Positions 56,001 through 63,587 of a stretch of DNA of 64,000 nucleotides are shown one piece after another. The notes beneath the pieces were generated by a model. The model did not search any database. It was given only the letters and a program-made list of their open reading frames with translations, and had not been told where the DNA came from. The position numbers and the translations under genes are program-made. The stretch is from a virus. The first letter of the stretch is position 1. Every line of letters starts with the position of its first letter. Location of the stretch: positions 1,107-65,106 of the IMG/VR virus record IMGVR_UViG_3300029904_000353, one strand, 5' to 3'.

Positions 56001-59000
56001 GCCCAAGCCTCCTTCTTTCAGTTCAAGCAAGCTCTTGGCAATAAAATAATTGTGCAGATTGTAGGCATTCCCCAACTCCCGTTTAAGCGAGCGGTCCAGT
56101 TTCTTGTCGTAGGGGGCATTGCGTCCAAATGGCACGTTGGTAATCACCAAGTCCTTGCTCTGGGGCGCGAAGTTGGTTTCATATCCTTGTACTTTCACGT
56201 CTGCATCGGGATAGAGATAGCTGGCTATACGCCCGGACAAGGAATCAATCTCGTACCCGCCGATACGGGATTGTGCGGAAAGTTCTGCGGGCATCAGGCC
56301 GATGATATGGCCGACACCCATAGCCGGTTCACTGACCACACCGCCCCGGAATCCGCTTCGCTGGACAATGCTCCACAAAGCCCGGATGACAGGAGTTGGC
56401 GTGTAATGGGAAGTCGTAGTGGATTGTACGGCACTCTGGAATTCTTCTTCGCTCAACAGTTCGCGCAGTTGTTCGTAATAAGTAAGATACTTGCTGTTCC
56501 AGTTTGCATCCTTATAATAGGTATTGCGGGCATTGTATTTGTCTTCATTCAACGCATCCGCCAATCCTCCCCAACCCACATAGCGGGAAAGGATTTCTTT
56601 TTGTTCCTCTGTGGCAGGCTGTCCGCTGGACTCAATCTCTTTCAGCGTGCGGATAGCCTCCACATTGGCTTTCAGTTTGGCAATGTCTCCTTGCGGAACT
56701 TGGATACCTTCCTCGCCAAACCGATAATTGCGTTGGTTCCTTACAACAGGCTGGCGGCTGCTTGTGCCTGCTGACTCAGGTACTCTTCGGCTTCCGTCCT
56801 CGTCAGGCACATGATGTCCATGCACGCTTCCACCAGTTCCTCGCTGTTCAGTTCGCTCAGTTTCTTGCCGTGCTCTTCCTCCCAGGCTGCTATCCGGCTC
56901 TGTACTTCCTTGCTCATTGTTTTCTTCTGTTTGGTTAAACAAATCGTTCAGGGACAAAGGTACGGATTTATCTTTTACCTTCTTCTTGGAAGATCGTTTG
57001 CGCACGATTTTTTCCTTGGCTACTCTCGCCTGTTCTTGTGCCTCTTGCTCGTTGGCTATGGTTTCGGCCATATCCAACACATTGGCCACAGGCTTGTCAA
57101 AGTTGGCCACATCAAAACGGCTCACCTCGTCGTAGCTGTCCATGTCATCTGTCAGCCCGGCCTCCTGTACTTCAGGTAAATCACGGGCACCGTTGTAGAA
57201 CGATTTCAGGTAAGGACGGATGGCATCACCCAAATCAGCAATCATGGCCTTGGCATATTCCGCGAACTTTCGGGCTCCTTTTTCAATATGATACACGGCC
57301 ATTTCTGTGCCGATAGCAAGGATTTCAGGGTCAATGCCCATGTTCATCTGTCCGCGCAGTTTCTGCTGCATCCGCTTCTTCAGTTCGGCATAGCGTTCAT
57401 CGGTGACGAGGCGATTATTTGATTTATGCTCTGCTACCTTCACACTCTTATACTCCGCAAACGGCTTCGTCTTGCGGTGGCTGCTTTCCACCCACTTCTT
57501 GAACTCCTCCTTGCTGACCTCACTGATAGTTCCCAGCCCTTTCCAGCCCGGAGAATAGTTGGCGAGATAAGCACGTTTAGCAGCCAGCGCGGACTTGAAT
57601 CCATACATCACCTTGTGCTCATCAAATGTACCATCGGAATTCACTTGGTCAATGACATACACCTTGCCCGTTGTCGGGTCGTCGGACAGGAACACGTCAA
57701 TATGGTCACCGTCCACACCTTCCGTGCCACGGATATAGCCGTAGTCGTTATTCATCGTCACGCTCCACGGCTGGCCGTTGGCATCCACGCCGCTGCGGAT
57801 ACTGCCTTTCGGGTTCTCGATGGTGATGTCGTAGCCGTCCAGCGTGATGTGTCCCTTCTTGTAGTTGCCGGCTTCCTTCTGGGCATCGGTAGGGGAGGAT
57901 GCAACTTCTTTGCGGGCATCGTCTATCTCCTTGGTCTTGACCACGCGCTCGGCATAGTCCAGAAGATTTTCGCTTTCTTGGCGTTCGGGAGCGATAAATC
58001 CGTTGTTTGTTTGGTCGTTTTGGGAAGAATCGCTACCTTTGCCCTCAGAAGAAGCGCTCAAATTTTGCCGGGTAGCTGTGTCGTCCGGCTTGCCAGATTG
58101 GTTACTTTCAACGTCCATCCTACTGTTAGTAGATTTGGGCGTTTCTTTTTTCTCGTATGCCGTTAGCAGCCATTGTTCGCGTGGAGTTCCCAAATATTCA
58201 CGGCTGACAACGGCAAAGTGAGAATCTGACTCAAGTTTTATTCTGTTGGGGGATTCCGAAACGACTTGCATCCCGTCAATTATCCCCTGCAAATCATTAA
58301 GAACTTCGGGATGCTTTCTGGCTATCTTTTCAAGACCGGCCTTTTCATTTCCCCAAACCAACGAAATGTTTCCTATCACAGGATGATGCAACGCACCAAT
58401 GGCTTCCCCATCCCTTTGGGAAAGCAAGAAGTCTATGGCTTCTTTCGGCTTTCCGACAAACTGGTCATAGATGGGGCCAAAGTTTCCTTCTCCAATGGGG
58501 CGTATATCGTTTACTCCTCCTTCACCTCCGGATGCGCCTTCAGATACAGTTCCTTCCTCAGCACGCACTCCATCATCAGCCGTGCCGGGTTGGCTTGCAG
58601 CTCCTTCAGTTCGTCCTTGTACTTGCCCCGGAAGAACAGGTTGTGCTTCAGGCAGAACTGATACGCCTGCTTCCCTGCTTCCAGCCGTTCCTGCTGGCTC
58701 ATCGCGTTCAGACGGTCCACTATCCGGGCTACTTCCATTTTCGCTTGTTCCTTGTTGTCCATTGTCTTTTTGGTTTAAGTAGGTTTGAATTTCTTCTTCG
58801 GCTTCCGCAAAGATACGGTCTAATTCCTCAACCGCCACACCTTCATACGGATTATTTTCAACCACATATTCCTGATAGGATTCGTATTCCTCCGGCGTCA
58901 TGTGCATTTCCCGTTCGCACCAATCGGCGTAGGCATCATACTCGGCCTGGCGTTCGCGTTCAGCCATCGCTTCGCGGTTCCGTCGGATATAGTTCGTCAG

Positions 59001-62000
59001 GTCGCCACGGGTACGCACTTCGGAAAGCACGTCAAGGATAGCATTGCGCCCGGCGTTCGGGTCGGACTGGTCGAAGAAGTTCGTGTCGGCTTCCTGGTCG
59101 GCCAGCATCAGTTGTTCTCCGGCACGTTCTATCGTCATGCCGCCATTGGCCTCACTGGCAAAGAGGCCGAACAAAGCACGGGCTTCATCCCCCTTATACC
59201 CCGTCTCGCGTTTGAAGTCGGCCTGCAAAAGGGGCAGTTTGCCCGTCGCCAGCATCTGTGCCGCCAGTTCGTGGCCGTCCATGGGTTCGCCCATGGATAG
59301 GATTTCTTCGGCCGTGGCATCTCCCACTTGCGTACGCTGCGATTGGATGGCGTCGGCCACCTGGTTCCAGTAGTCCACCTGCGCCTGGGCATCATCCACT
59401 CGTGCCTGCCATTCCTGCTTGGCCTTCTTGTATTGGGCTATGTTTGTACCCATCTTGGGGGCTTTGCCCTTTATGTTCCTCATCAGCTTGGCCGATGCGT
59501 CCTTGTTGGCCTGGACAAACGCATCCACTTCGTCTGACTCCAGTCCTTCGCTGTTGATAGAGGAGACAGTACGATCCACGGGGGCGCGGTGATAAAGAAA
59601 GTTGCCTTTCTCGTCTGTGGGAATATCGGAAAGTTCTTCTGTAGCTGGTTCTGTGAATTGTACCGCATTGCTTTCGACTTGTAGGCTCGAAGGTACTACC
59701 TCTGAACCGGATTGTGCTTGACTTTGAGCCGGATTGGCAGGAGCGGGCTGTTGCGCATCTTCCTCTCTGTTCAGATAAGGCATATAACCGCGTGATTTTT
59801 CATCGGCCATGACCCTGATTCGGTCTGTGCCAATTCTGTCAAGATAAGTATCTACATAATTTAATGACAATAAATAATCCCTATCACTTATTCTCCCGCT
59901 AAGATAATCAGCCGCATAACGTGCTCCTTCTGAAAGTTCACGCTTGATGCTTTCCGGATTCTCCTCGTAATAACTTTCATTAATATTTGGATTAGCCTTT
60001 TTGTAATCAGAAACAGTGGCTGAGTTTATCTTTTCTTGATTAATAGAATAAGTAGCTGGTGCAGCCGATTCCTCTGCGTCAATCTGCGCCTGCATGGCGT
60101 TGTAGTATTGTTCATCCGTGATTTCAACGACTTCCTCCTTGGTCTTGCCCTTTTCATCCACGGTGGTGCGAGTGGCCAGCCAGCCGCCATTGGGATTATC
60201 AGGATTCTGCTGGGCTATCTTGTACTGTGCCGCTCCATCGGTGAAGGTGGCTCCGATGGACGGAGGAACGATATCCGGGCTATACGTGCTTTCACGCTGT
60301 GCCTGTGCCGCAGCATCCTCGCGTATGGCCTGTGCCGTCTCGTCAATGACTTCCTGCGTGGGCATGGACCGGACGCTTTCCGGATTGTATTCCCCTTCTT
60401 TCAAGGCCACGGCTTCCACTTCCGGTCCTGCGCCGTCGGGCTTCCACAAAGGTTGACCGCCCATATATCCGACAATGTGGCCGGGTACTTCCACCATTTC
60501 GCCCACCTCGTTCATCACAAGGCGGCTGCATTCGGTGTAGGTATTCGTTTGTGGGTCGGAGTTGGCCACGATGTCCTCCGTCTCCGCCTGCACGGCCTCT
60601 TCCGTCTGTTCGGCGGCGACGTTCTCCATGGCCGACTGCTGCATCACGTCGTAGATGTACTTGATTTCGTATTTCTTCTCCTGCGGAGTCAGGCTGTCGT
60701 CGCGCAGGGTGTATTTCACAAACTCGCGCACCCCCTCCACATCACCATTCTGCGCCACGCGCTTGACCTCCTGCCAATGTTCCACCTCGTCCGGCGAAAG
60801 CGTGGATTCAAACCGTTTCACATCGCGGTTGAGCGTATAACGGTCACGGGCAAACCCCGCCGCACCGATGCCGCCGAACACGGCACTCATCAGGCCGACA
60901 CCCAGGAACGTATCAATGTTGTTGTCGAGGTCCACCAGCTGCTCCGGCGTCATGTCGCCCATCGCCACGCTGGCCAGGTTGTTGTATACCTCTTCGGCAT
61001 ACTCGCCGATGGCCCCGTGCCACTGCGTGCGGTCGGTAAACTCCTTGTAGGTAGGATTGTTCTTGATGCCCCGGTAGATTTCACCGACTTTGGAGGCAGA
61101 CAACTGTTTAATGCCGGGCAATCGTTTCACCAACCCGGACACGCCGCGCATGACGGGAGCAAAGTAATTGCCCACCATCTCGGACTGGTTCTCGAAGAAA
61201 GTGGACGTGAAGGCGCGGGCAATGGCTTCGCCGGTGCCCACATTGTTCTCACGCCCGGCATATTGGATGTTCCCTTTGTCATCCTCTGCAAACTGTACGT
61301 CGCCCGTCATGCGGCGTGAGGCATCTTCTGCCACGTTGCCCAATCCCGTCGTTGCCGTCACGCCCGCAGCGGCCACGGCGTCGCCTGCCATACGAGCCGC
61401 GCCACGAACGGCACGGCCTGCTGCTGTCCGCTTGGCCGTGTTCAGCCCGAACCGCTTGATGCCATGCTCCAAGATGGTCTTGGCTATACCTTTTCCTGCA
61501 CCCGACACGGGGTTCAACGCAAACTGGAGCATGAAGGGGATGCTCTCGGCGGTCACCGCCCCGGCCTTGTAGCCACGGCCCAAATCCTGCGCATAGTAGG
61601 CATTGGCAGCCATGTTTACCGCAGCCGCATCCAGCAATTGCTGTTCTTCGGCAGAAAGCTGTTCGCCCCGCTCTTCCTTCTCCGCCGCTTGGCGCAACAG
61701 GTTGTAGTAAGCGGTTTCCGATATGCCCATCATCCACGTGTCCGGGTCAAATCCCTTGTCGCGCAGGCCGCGCAGGGCACCGGCCACGAAATTCGTCTTG
61801 CCCTTCTTCCCGGCTTCCGTCACCAGTTTGTTGGCATCGTCCAGAAAGTTTCGGGCGGCTCTGAGCGAGGTGTATCGGTCTTGCTGCTCACGGGTCTGCG
61901 CATTGCCGTAACGCTGGGCAGCGGCCACCGCCGTGGACGGGATGAAGGCCGAACCGGCGGGCATGGGCAGGGCTTCGCGGGGCTTGTTCAGTTCGTTGTC

Positions 62001-62396
62001 GATGTTCCCCAACTGCTCCCGGACGTAGTCGGCAAAGAGGGCCTTTTCAGCCTCTCCGGAGGACTGGTTCAGTTGTAGTTGAGGACTGACGGAGTTGTCA
62101 TTGAGGACTGGAGCAGTTGTCATTGAGGACTGATTGGCTCGGTCGTACTCGTCAATCACCTGCTGGGCGACGGAGGTCGGGGGCGATGAAACATGCCCCA
62201 TTCCTTTGTCAAAATCAGCATAACTGCCCAGCTCCAGGCCGGATTCCTTCCCGGCATTGTACAGCCACTCGCGGGTCTCTTTTTCATCGGCATGTTGGTC
62301 GAAGTCTTCGTAGCTGCCCAGGTCATAACCGTTGCCGGACAGGGATTCATACAGCCACTTCCTCGTTTCTTGTTGCCTGTTATTATTGTCTTGCAT
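47052..62396 (-). CDS. 5114-aa polyvalent virion protein (DarB-like MTase/helicase plus accessory domains)
   Basis: PBECR-like segment (~58140-58500), inorganic-pyrophosphatase-like KEAGNYKKGH..DGDHIDVF (~57480-57900), N6-MTase EPAMGVG / TNVPFG (~55600-56730), SF2 helicase HQVGTGKT / IDEAH / EQRNGRILRQG (~52400-54250), ART-like segment (~51050-51600), HEAVAH zincin (~50610), LPD38-like C-terminus. Confidence 0.9.
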   Translation of the reverse strand: MQDNNNRQQETRKWLYESLSGNGYDLGSYEDFDQHADEKETREWLYNAGKESGLELGSYADFDKGMGHVSSPPTSVAQQVIDEYDRANQSSMTTAPVLNDNSVSPQLQLNQSSGEAEKALFADYVREQLGNIDNELNKPREALPMPAGSAFIPSTAVAAAQRYGNAQTREQQDRYTSLRAARNFLDDANKLVTEAGKKGKTNFVAGALRGLRDKGFDPDTWMMGISETAYYNLLRQAAEKEERGEQLSAEEQQLLDAAAVNMAANAYYAQDLGRGYKAGAVTAESIPFMLQFALNPVSGAGKGIAKTILEHGIKRFGLNTAKRTAAGRAVRGAARMAGDAVAAAGVTATTGLGNVAEDASRRMTGDVQFAEDDKGNIQYAGRENNVGTGEAIARAFTSTFFENQSEMVGNYFAPVMRGVSGLVKRLPGIKQLSASKVGEIYRGIKNNPTYKEFTDRTQWHGAIGEYAEEVYNNLASVAMGDMTPEQLVDLDNNIDTFLGVGLMSAVFGGIGAAGFARDRYTLNRDVKRFESTLSPDEVEHWQEVKRVAQNGDVEGVREFVKYTLRDDSLTPQEKKYEIKYIYDVMQQSAMENVAAEQTEEAVQAETEDIVANSDPQTNTYTECSRLVMNEVGEMVEVPGHIVGYMGGQPLWKPDGAGPEVEAVALKEGEYNPESVRSMPTQEVIDETAQAIREDAAAQAQRESTYSPDIVPPSIGATFTDGAAQYKIAQQNPDNPNGGWLATRTTVDEKGKTKEEVVEITDEQYYNAMQAQIDAEESAAPATYSINQEKINSATVSDYKKANPNINESYYEENPESIKRELSEGARYAADYLSGRISDRDYLLSLNYVDTYLDRIGTDRIRVMADEKSRGYMPYLNREEDAQQPAPANPAQSQAQSGSEVVPSSLQVESNAVQFTEPATEELSDIPTDEKGNFLYHRAPVDRTVSSINSEGLESDEVDAFVQANKDASAKLMRNIKGKAPKMGTNIAQYKKAKQEWQARVDDAQAQVDYWNQVADAIQSQRTQVGDATAEEILSMGEPMDGHELAAQMLATGKLPLLQADFKRETGYKGDEARALFGLFASEANGGMTIERAGEQLMLADQEADTNFFDQSDPNAGRNAILDVLSEVRTRGDLTNYIRRNREAMAERERQAEYDAYADWCEREMHMTPEEYESYQEYVVENNPYEGVAVEELDRIFAEAEEEIQTYLNQKDNGQQGTSENGSSPDSGPSERDEPAGTAGSREAGVSVLPEAQPVLPGQVQGRTEGAASQPGTADDGVRAEEGTVSEGASGGEGGVNDIRPIGEGNFGPIYDQFVGKPKEAIDFLLSQRDGEAIGALHHPVIGNISLVWGNEKAGLEKIARKHPEVLNDLQGIIDGMQVVSESPNRIKLESDSHFAVVSREYLGTPREQWLLTAYEKKETPKSTNSRMDVESNQSGKPDDTATRQNLSASSEGKGSDSSQNDQTNNGFIAPERQESENLLDYAERVVKTKEIDDARKEVASSPTDAQKEAGNYKKGHITLDGYDITIENPKGSIRSGVDANGQPWSVTMNNDYGYIRGTEGVDGDHIDVFLSDDPTTGKVYVIDQVNSDGTFDEHKVMYGFKSALAAKRAYLANYSPGWKGLGTISEVSKEEFKKWVESSHRKTKPFAEYKSVKVAEHKSNNRLVTDERYAELKKRMQQKLRGQMNMGIDPEILAIGTEMAVYHIEKGARKFAEYAKAMIADLGDAIRPYLKSFYNGARDLPEVQEAGLTDDMDSYDEVSRFDVANFDKPVANVLDMAETIANEQEAQEQARVAKEKIVRKRSSKKKVKDKSVPLSLNDLFNQTEENNEQGSTEPDSSLGGRARQETERTEQRGTGGSVHGHHVPDEDGSRRVPESAGTSSRQPVVRNQRNYRFGEEGIQVPQGDIAKLKANVEAIRTLKEIESSGQPATEEQKEILSRYVGWGGLADALNEDKYNARNTYYKDANWNSKYLTYYEQLRELLSEEEFQSAVQSTTTSHYTPTPVIRALWSIVQRSGFRGGVVSEPAMGVGHIIGLMPAELSAQSRIGGYEIDSLSGRIASYLYPDADVKVQGYETNFAPQSKDLVITNVPFGRNAPYDKKLDRSLKRELGNAYNLHNYFIAKSLLELKEGGLGVFVTSSATMDGSDSHFREFVAANNIDLVGAIRLPNNAFLQNAGTSVTADILVFRKRKSGEPSNGIGFVSTTQIGEGTYEENGETRTKPILVNEYFAEHPDMMLGEMMTAFDAGSGGLYSGASQTLKPKAGANLAEELEKAIAQLPENILSKEASSIQMQEREETSLKNGTITTKKGKVYVAVNGELVPVDAKDAFTFNGKERRTADAVADYNALKDTLKKLISAEQSEEEDPKALRKQLNEQYDAFVQKYGTLNRNKPLDNIFAEDYEHNLPLSLEEVARVPSANGKKMVWQVKKGKGILERRVSYPINEPTTADSLQDAVNISLSYKGTLDISYMARLMDETEEQVTDEILERGDAYRDPITGALVDRDTYLSGNVREKLEEARAAAENNPDYQKNVEDLMGVQPETIRFGDISYRLGTPWIPVEYINDFAESVLGITGADVSYEPLLNEFVVSRRAHITDFAKSGLYKTERMNTLDLFTNALNQRKPKIFDEQTTYGPGGKSTIRVPNEAETQAVSEKIMEISDKFIEYIDGRNEIHRELERIYNDKYNNYRLKKYSLPSFSHAETDKKGNKVVVTHYPGSNASISLREHQAKAVQRSLHESTLLAHQVGTGKTFTMITTAMEMRRLGLARKPMIVVQNATLEDFVKDFYRLYPSANVLAPSKDERSAENRKRLFNLIATGDFDAIVIPQSFLGFIPDDEGRKKELIQKRIDEYLEAIAKTDDYALQRRLQKEMQGLRENLEGGDSKKSKKSNVKEKAKAADRAKSRAERVLDRRTDDVMSFEKLGIDALFIDEAHNFKKIGFATKMNNVKGVDSGASQRANSLLLKARWVQEKNGGRNVILATGTPITNTMAEVWTMMNFVSPDILNAYNIRSFDDFATTFGTVEPSLEFTATGNFKIADRFKSYVNVPELLKAFRSHADVVLTEDVKEFQQDKNIPKLAGGKMENIVIDKNEDLEDVMDMLVRELEDYNKLTGQAKREKSALPLVVFTKAKQAAIDLRLLNPSYADNPNSKTNQVVRNIVKLYKESTPDKGTQLVFCDSYQSPGERPKMDLFDYDPDVPRFNLYEDMKEKLVAAGIPANEIAIVNNYDGDRRKALFEKVRNGDVRILLGSTEKMGVGVNVQDRLYALHHVDAPLRPMDFEQRNGRILRQGNLYATWDKPVHVLTYGVQGTLDATAYDRLRVKQEFINQMMKGNTDSRVMEEQDDEDPSGMTFSQMAATLSGDKTAQLLFAAQNKLKRLRNSKRSDANSKSAMADSVESAKRRIKLLQESKNTYEKATRVVDEYFPNGVKKVEVNGQSFNEKLGSNLDPIIDAYDESYSLNRGIAPLKLNLNDGAAEVVVHYNEGRMVYELYAGKEHIVEGRQFNGGRGLMSSIGHQLDVIKKNLADTEANIREQEKKIEGLTQAMNTPWGREEELKEAEKEVEDLQKQLEEKAKENSKEHKRENTINEEEANDLYRIVDDESEIERLNSEPTVKVYRAMSLVDGKLYSPMSKKIGTGSNRISQAPSEFGQWEVSDERPQLVEKEGAHKNHIYIVKDNGKGLWVAYNPYFHTSRNPLNDQFAEAYKRPNLVTVEVEVPESELTSGYQAEGAKDPVDETKWNAGPVNRQLSGDKKRKVILSRWMRPVRIVPDSEVAQRIAELIEDENVAIPDNTVTPSLLEELKNLGVKIVDGINKGRKKASDMMRNGNGALNDYELSNVNDPIAKMLGQSTRTVSQRQAFAERERGYMVRRAENLARKLHLDNVEIVTDVKTLSGRRAKAKGFYNRAAGKITIVIPNHTSEFDVAQTLLHEAVAHYGLRQLFGEHFDTFLDNVYRNADLDVRRKIVELAKKNGWDTRLATEEYLASLAEETNFEDLDASWWRKIKELFLRMLHKIGFNDFNGVTLSDNELRYILWRSYENLAEPGRYRSILGEAADVVKQHELKVGNYAQVPAETDNAAEGANDLYRETPDGQTSDDGSRDAYNRAVTGNRFKAQEAYQDSMLALKRLQEVVEKYSGSKLKSYENAYMAENQMSSKSTRETEVYGDKFFKPMLQEVANLIKQGAGYPEIIDYMVAKHGLERNEVFAERDAAQEAERRFEKLYKELEQLYKLGGVTQADYDKRKAKIDAEKEKYYRKRLEQHLEEDYSGLTALRDRQKVVENYPEGSPQLSGGKSSTTLDEATPKEFARLLVNEFERRFDTRSLWDKVNAATKETLRKSYESGMMSRDTYDKVGKMFKHYIPLRGWDEQTAEDVFEYLNSETSPVNSVLKSAKGRRSMSDDPLATIGNMAESAILQGNRNLMKQNFLNMAINHPTDVLTVREAWYVKDPSTGEWVLSFPDIEENDDADTIARKVEEHEERMNMLKENGEATQVKEGLNIDYRISARQAKEHIVNVKRNGKDYLIFVNGSPRAAQAVNGLTNPSVEPNKMLEGISRFNRQLAANFTNRNPAFVLSNLSRDLIFAVSAVNIKEGGAYARRFAANIPRAMRVIARNLRGKGDANHADDALFEEFLDNGGETGYTSLHSVDEYKRMVSRELNKITGKRDYFRAVRASAQFFSMMNRWAEDVSRFTTYMTSREQGKTISESVNDAKEVTVNFNKKGAGVKTSGVFGWTSGLFRNLYLFFNAAVQSLANFSRLSKKNPKAFYTTLGGFTAAGFLVPVLNGIAISMLGGDDDDYYGNLPEWVRRNNLCLYAGNGKFITIPLPIELRAFYGLGEMAYQATISEDTNCGDKIAYQAINQITELLPINPLGNNGDLVTTLMPDVISPFWQIYENKDFTGKPIYRQNAFNETMPEWTKAYNSTSDWLVKLSEWTNELAGGDKYKQADVLEPIMNWNPAKVEHLFESYFGGMAKTFNQAAKTLAGGVESVINGEKSDNLQWYSTPVLNRFFNDASDDRSAFSKVNERYYKLYDLYEEVVKELRGYGREAARGDLDYLDKLNRLYQSDDYKKYLIFKRNKRIIDRIRDMEKKLPEEATKEKEELQKKVAEMKRSLLEQIDNLK
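62048..62132 (+). repeat. Second 4 x 22-bp GAGGACTG array, inside the giant gene
   Basis: 19-nt units at 62048, 62070, 62092, 62114 (e.g. CAGTTGTCATTGAGGACTG), same orientation and span as 44053 array. Confidence 0.8.
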
Positions 62397-63585
62397 AAGG
62401 AGCTTTTTTTGAATTGTTGTTGTTTCGCATATATGGGGCGGACTTCTTTTCCGGCGGATACATGCCGCCGCCCAGCTTGAAGCCTCGGCTTCTCAACTCT
62501 TCCGGATAAACCATCCCGTTCTCCAAGGCGTATGCCGCAGCGGCCATCCAGTCGACTTCTTCGTTCACAGTCTGCTGCCCATAGTCGCCTTGGGTGACTT
62601 TCCGGGTGATGAACGGCCTTAAGTCTTCCCCGTTCAACCCGGTGGAATTGACGATTTGCCGGGCCTCGTTCTCCGTCAGCCGGGTATTACGGGTGTAGAT
62701 ATTCCCGTCGGCACCAATCACGCTGTCCACAATCTTGTCTTGTGCCCGTGCGGCATTGGCTTCCATCGCCCGGTTGTGCCGTCCGGTTTCTTTCGCCTGC
62801 TGTTCTTTCAGATTCCGGTCGGCATCCGCCTTGTCCTTATCCGCCTTCAGCTTCATGTTCCATTTCAGCAAGTCCAAGTCCCGTCCTTTCTGCTTATCAG
62901 CAGCATCAGCCGCAGCCTTTTCCCGTGCCAGACGGACGTTGTACGCATTGCGGATATCATCCCCCTTGGCCTCTGCCAGGATGGCATCCTGCCGGGCCTT
63001 CAGCGCATCCCGCTTCTCCTTGATGCGCCGCATCCGTTCGTTTTCCGCGAAGGCGCCCGCATTCAGGTCGGCGGGCACAGCCCCCTTGGCTGTATAATAG
63101 AGCTGGGCGGCATTGCCTATCAGGTTGCCCAGGTTGGCGAACACTTGTCCGAGATGCTCACGGCGTTCACGCTTCCGGCGTTCGTCCGGCGTCTCCTCGC
63201 TGGCAAAGTAGTTCCGGAGATTGGCATACGTGTTCAGCGGGTTCAGCCGCGCCTGCTCGCTCCAATACTCCTTGTCGGAGGCGTTCATGTCCTCTTGCGC
63301 ACTGCGGAACTGCTCTTCATCCATGTTCTGCAAGGCCACGCGCCGCATGGATTCCTGCGTGGTGGATTCCGGGTTGATGGTCGGGACAGGCGCGTTTGCC
63401 GGATTGGCACGGCCTGCCACCTGCGCCGCAGCCACCGGTTGCGCCGGCATCATTCCCGCCGATGGCGTTACGCTTGCCGCTGGTTCCGTAGGCGTACTCG
63501 CTTGCGTGGCGTTCGGTAGCGGTGAGGGAGTCTGTGCCTGCCTGCGTGCCCTGCGCTCGTTAATGTTGTCGATTCGTGTAGACAT
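62383..63585 (-). CDS. Probable ejection/internal virion protein
   Basis: Low-complexity P/A/T N-terminus, LANLGNLIGNAAQ helix, coiled coil; upstream of giant gene. Confidence 0.7.
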   Translation of the reverse strand: MSTRIDNINERRARRQAQTPSPLPNATQASTPTEPAASVTPSAGMMPAQPVAAAQVAGRANPANAPVPTINPESTTQESMRRVALQNMDEEQFRSAQEDMNASDKEYWSEQARLNPLNTYANLRNYFASEETPDERRKRERREHLGQVFANLGNLIGNAAQLYYTAKGAVPADLNAGAFAENERMRRIKEKRDALKARQDAILAEAKGDDIRNAYNVRLAREKAAADAADKQKGRDLDLLKWNMKLKADKDKADADRNLKEQQAKETGRHNRAMEANAARAQDKIVDSVIGADGNIYTRNTRLTENEARQIVNSTGLNGEDLRPFITRKVTQGDYGQQTVNEEVDWMAAAAYALENGMVYPEELRSRGFKLGGGMYPPEKKSAPYMRNNNNSKKAPYARQ

Positions 63586-63587
63586 AG

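Noticed and set aside
3922-63519. Long antisense or alternative-frame ORFs in GC-rich regions (e.g. 6080..6949, 6906..8141, 6992..8323, 52506..53918, 60036..61319, 62656..63519)
   Set aside because: They shadow well-supported genes, show the residue bias expected from high GC at third positions, and carry no recognisable motifs. Only 11819..12580 was kept, because it has a motif missing from its host gene.
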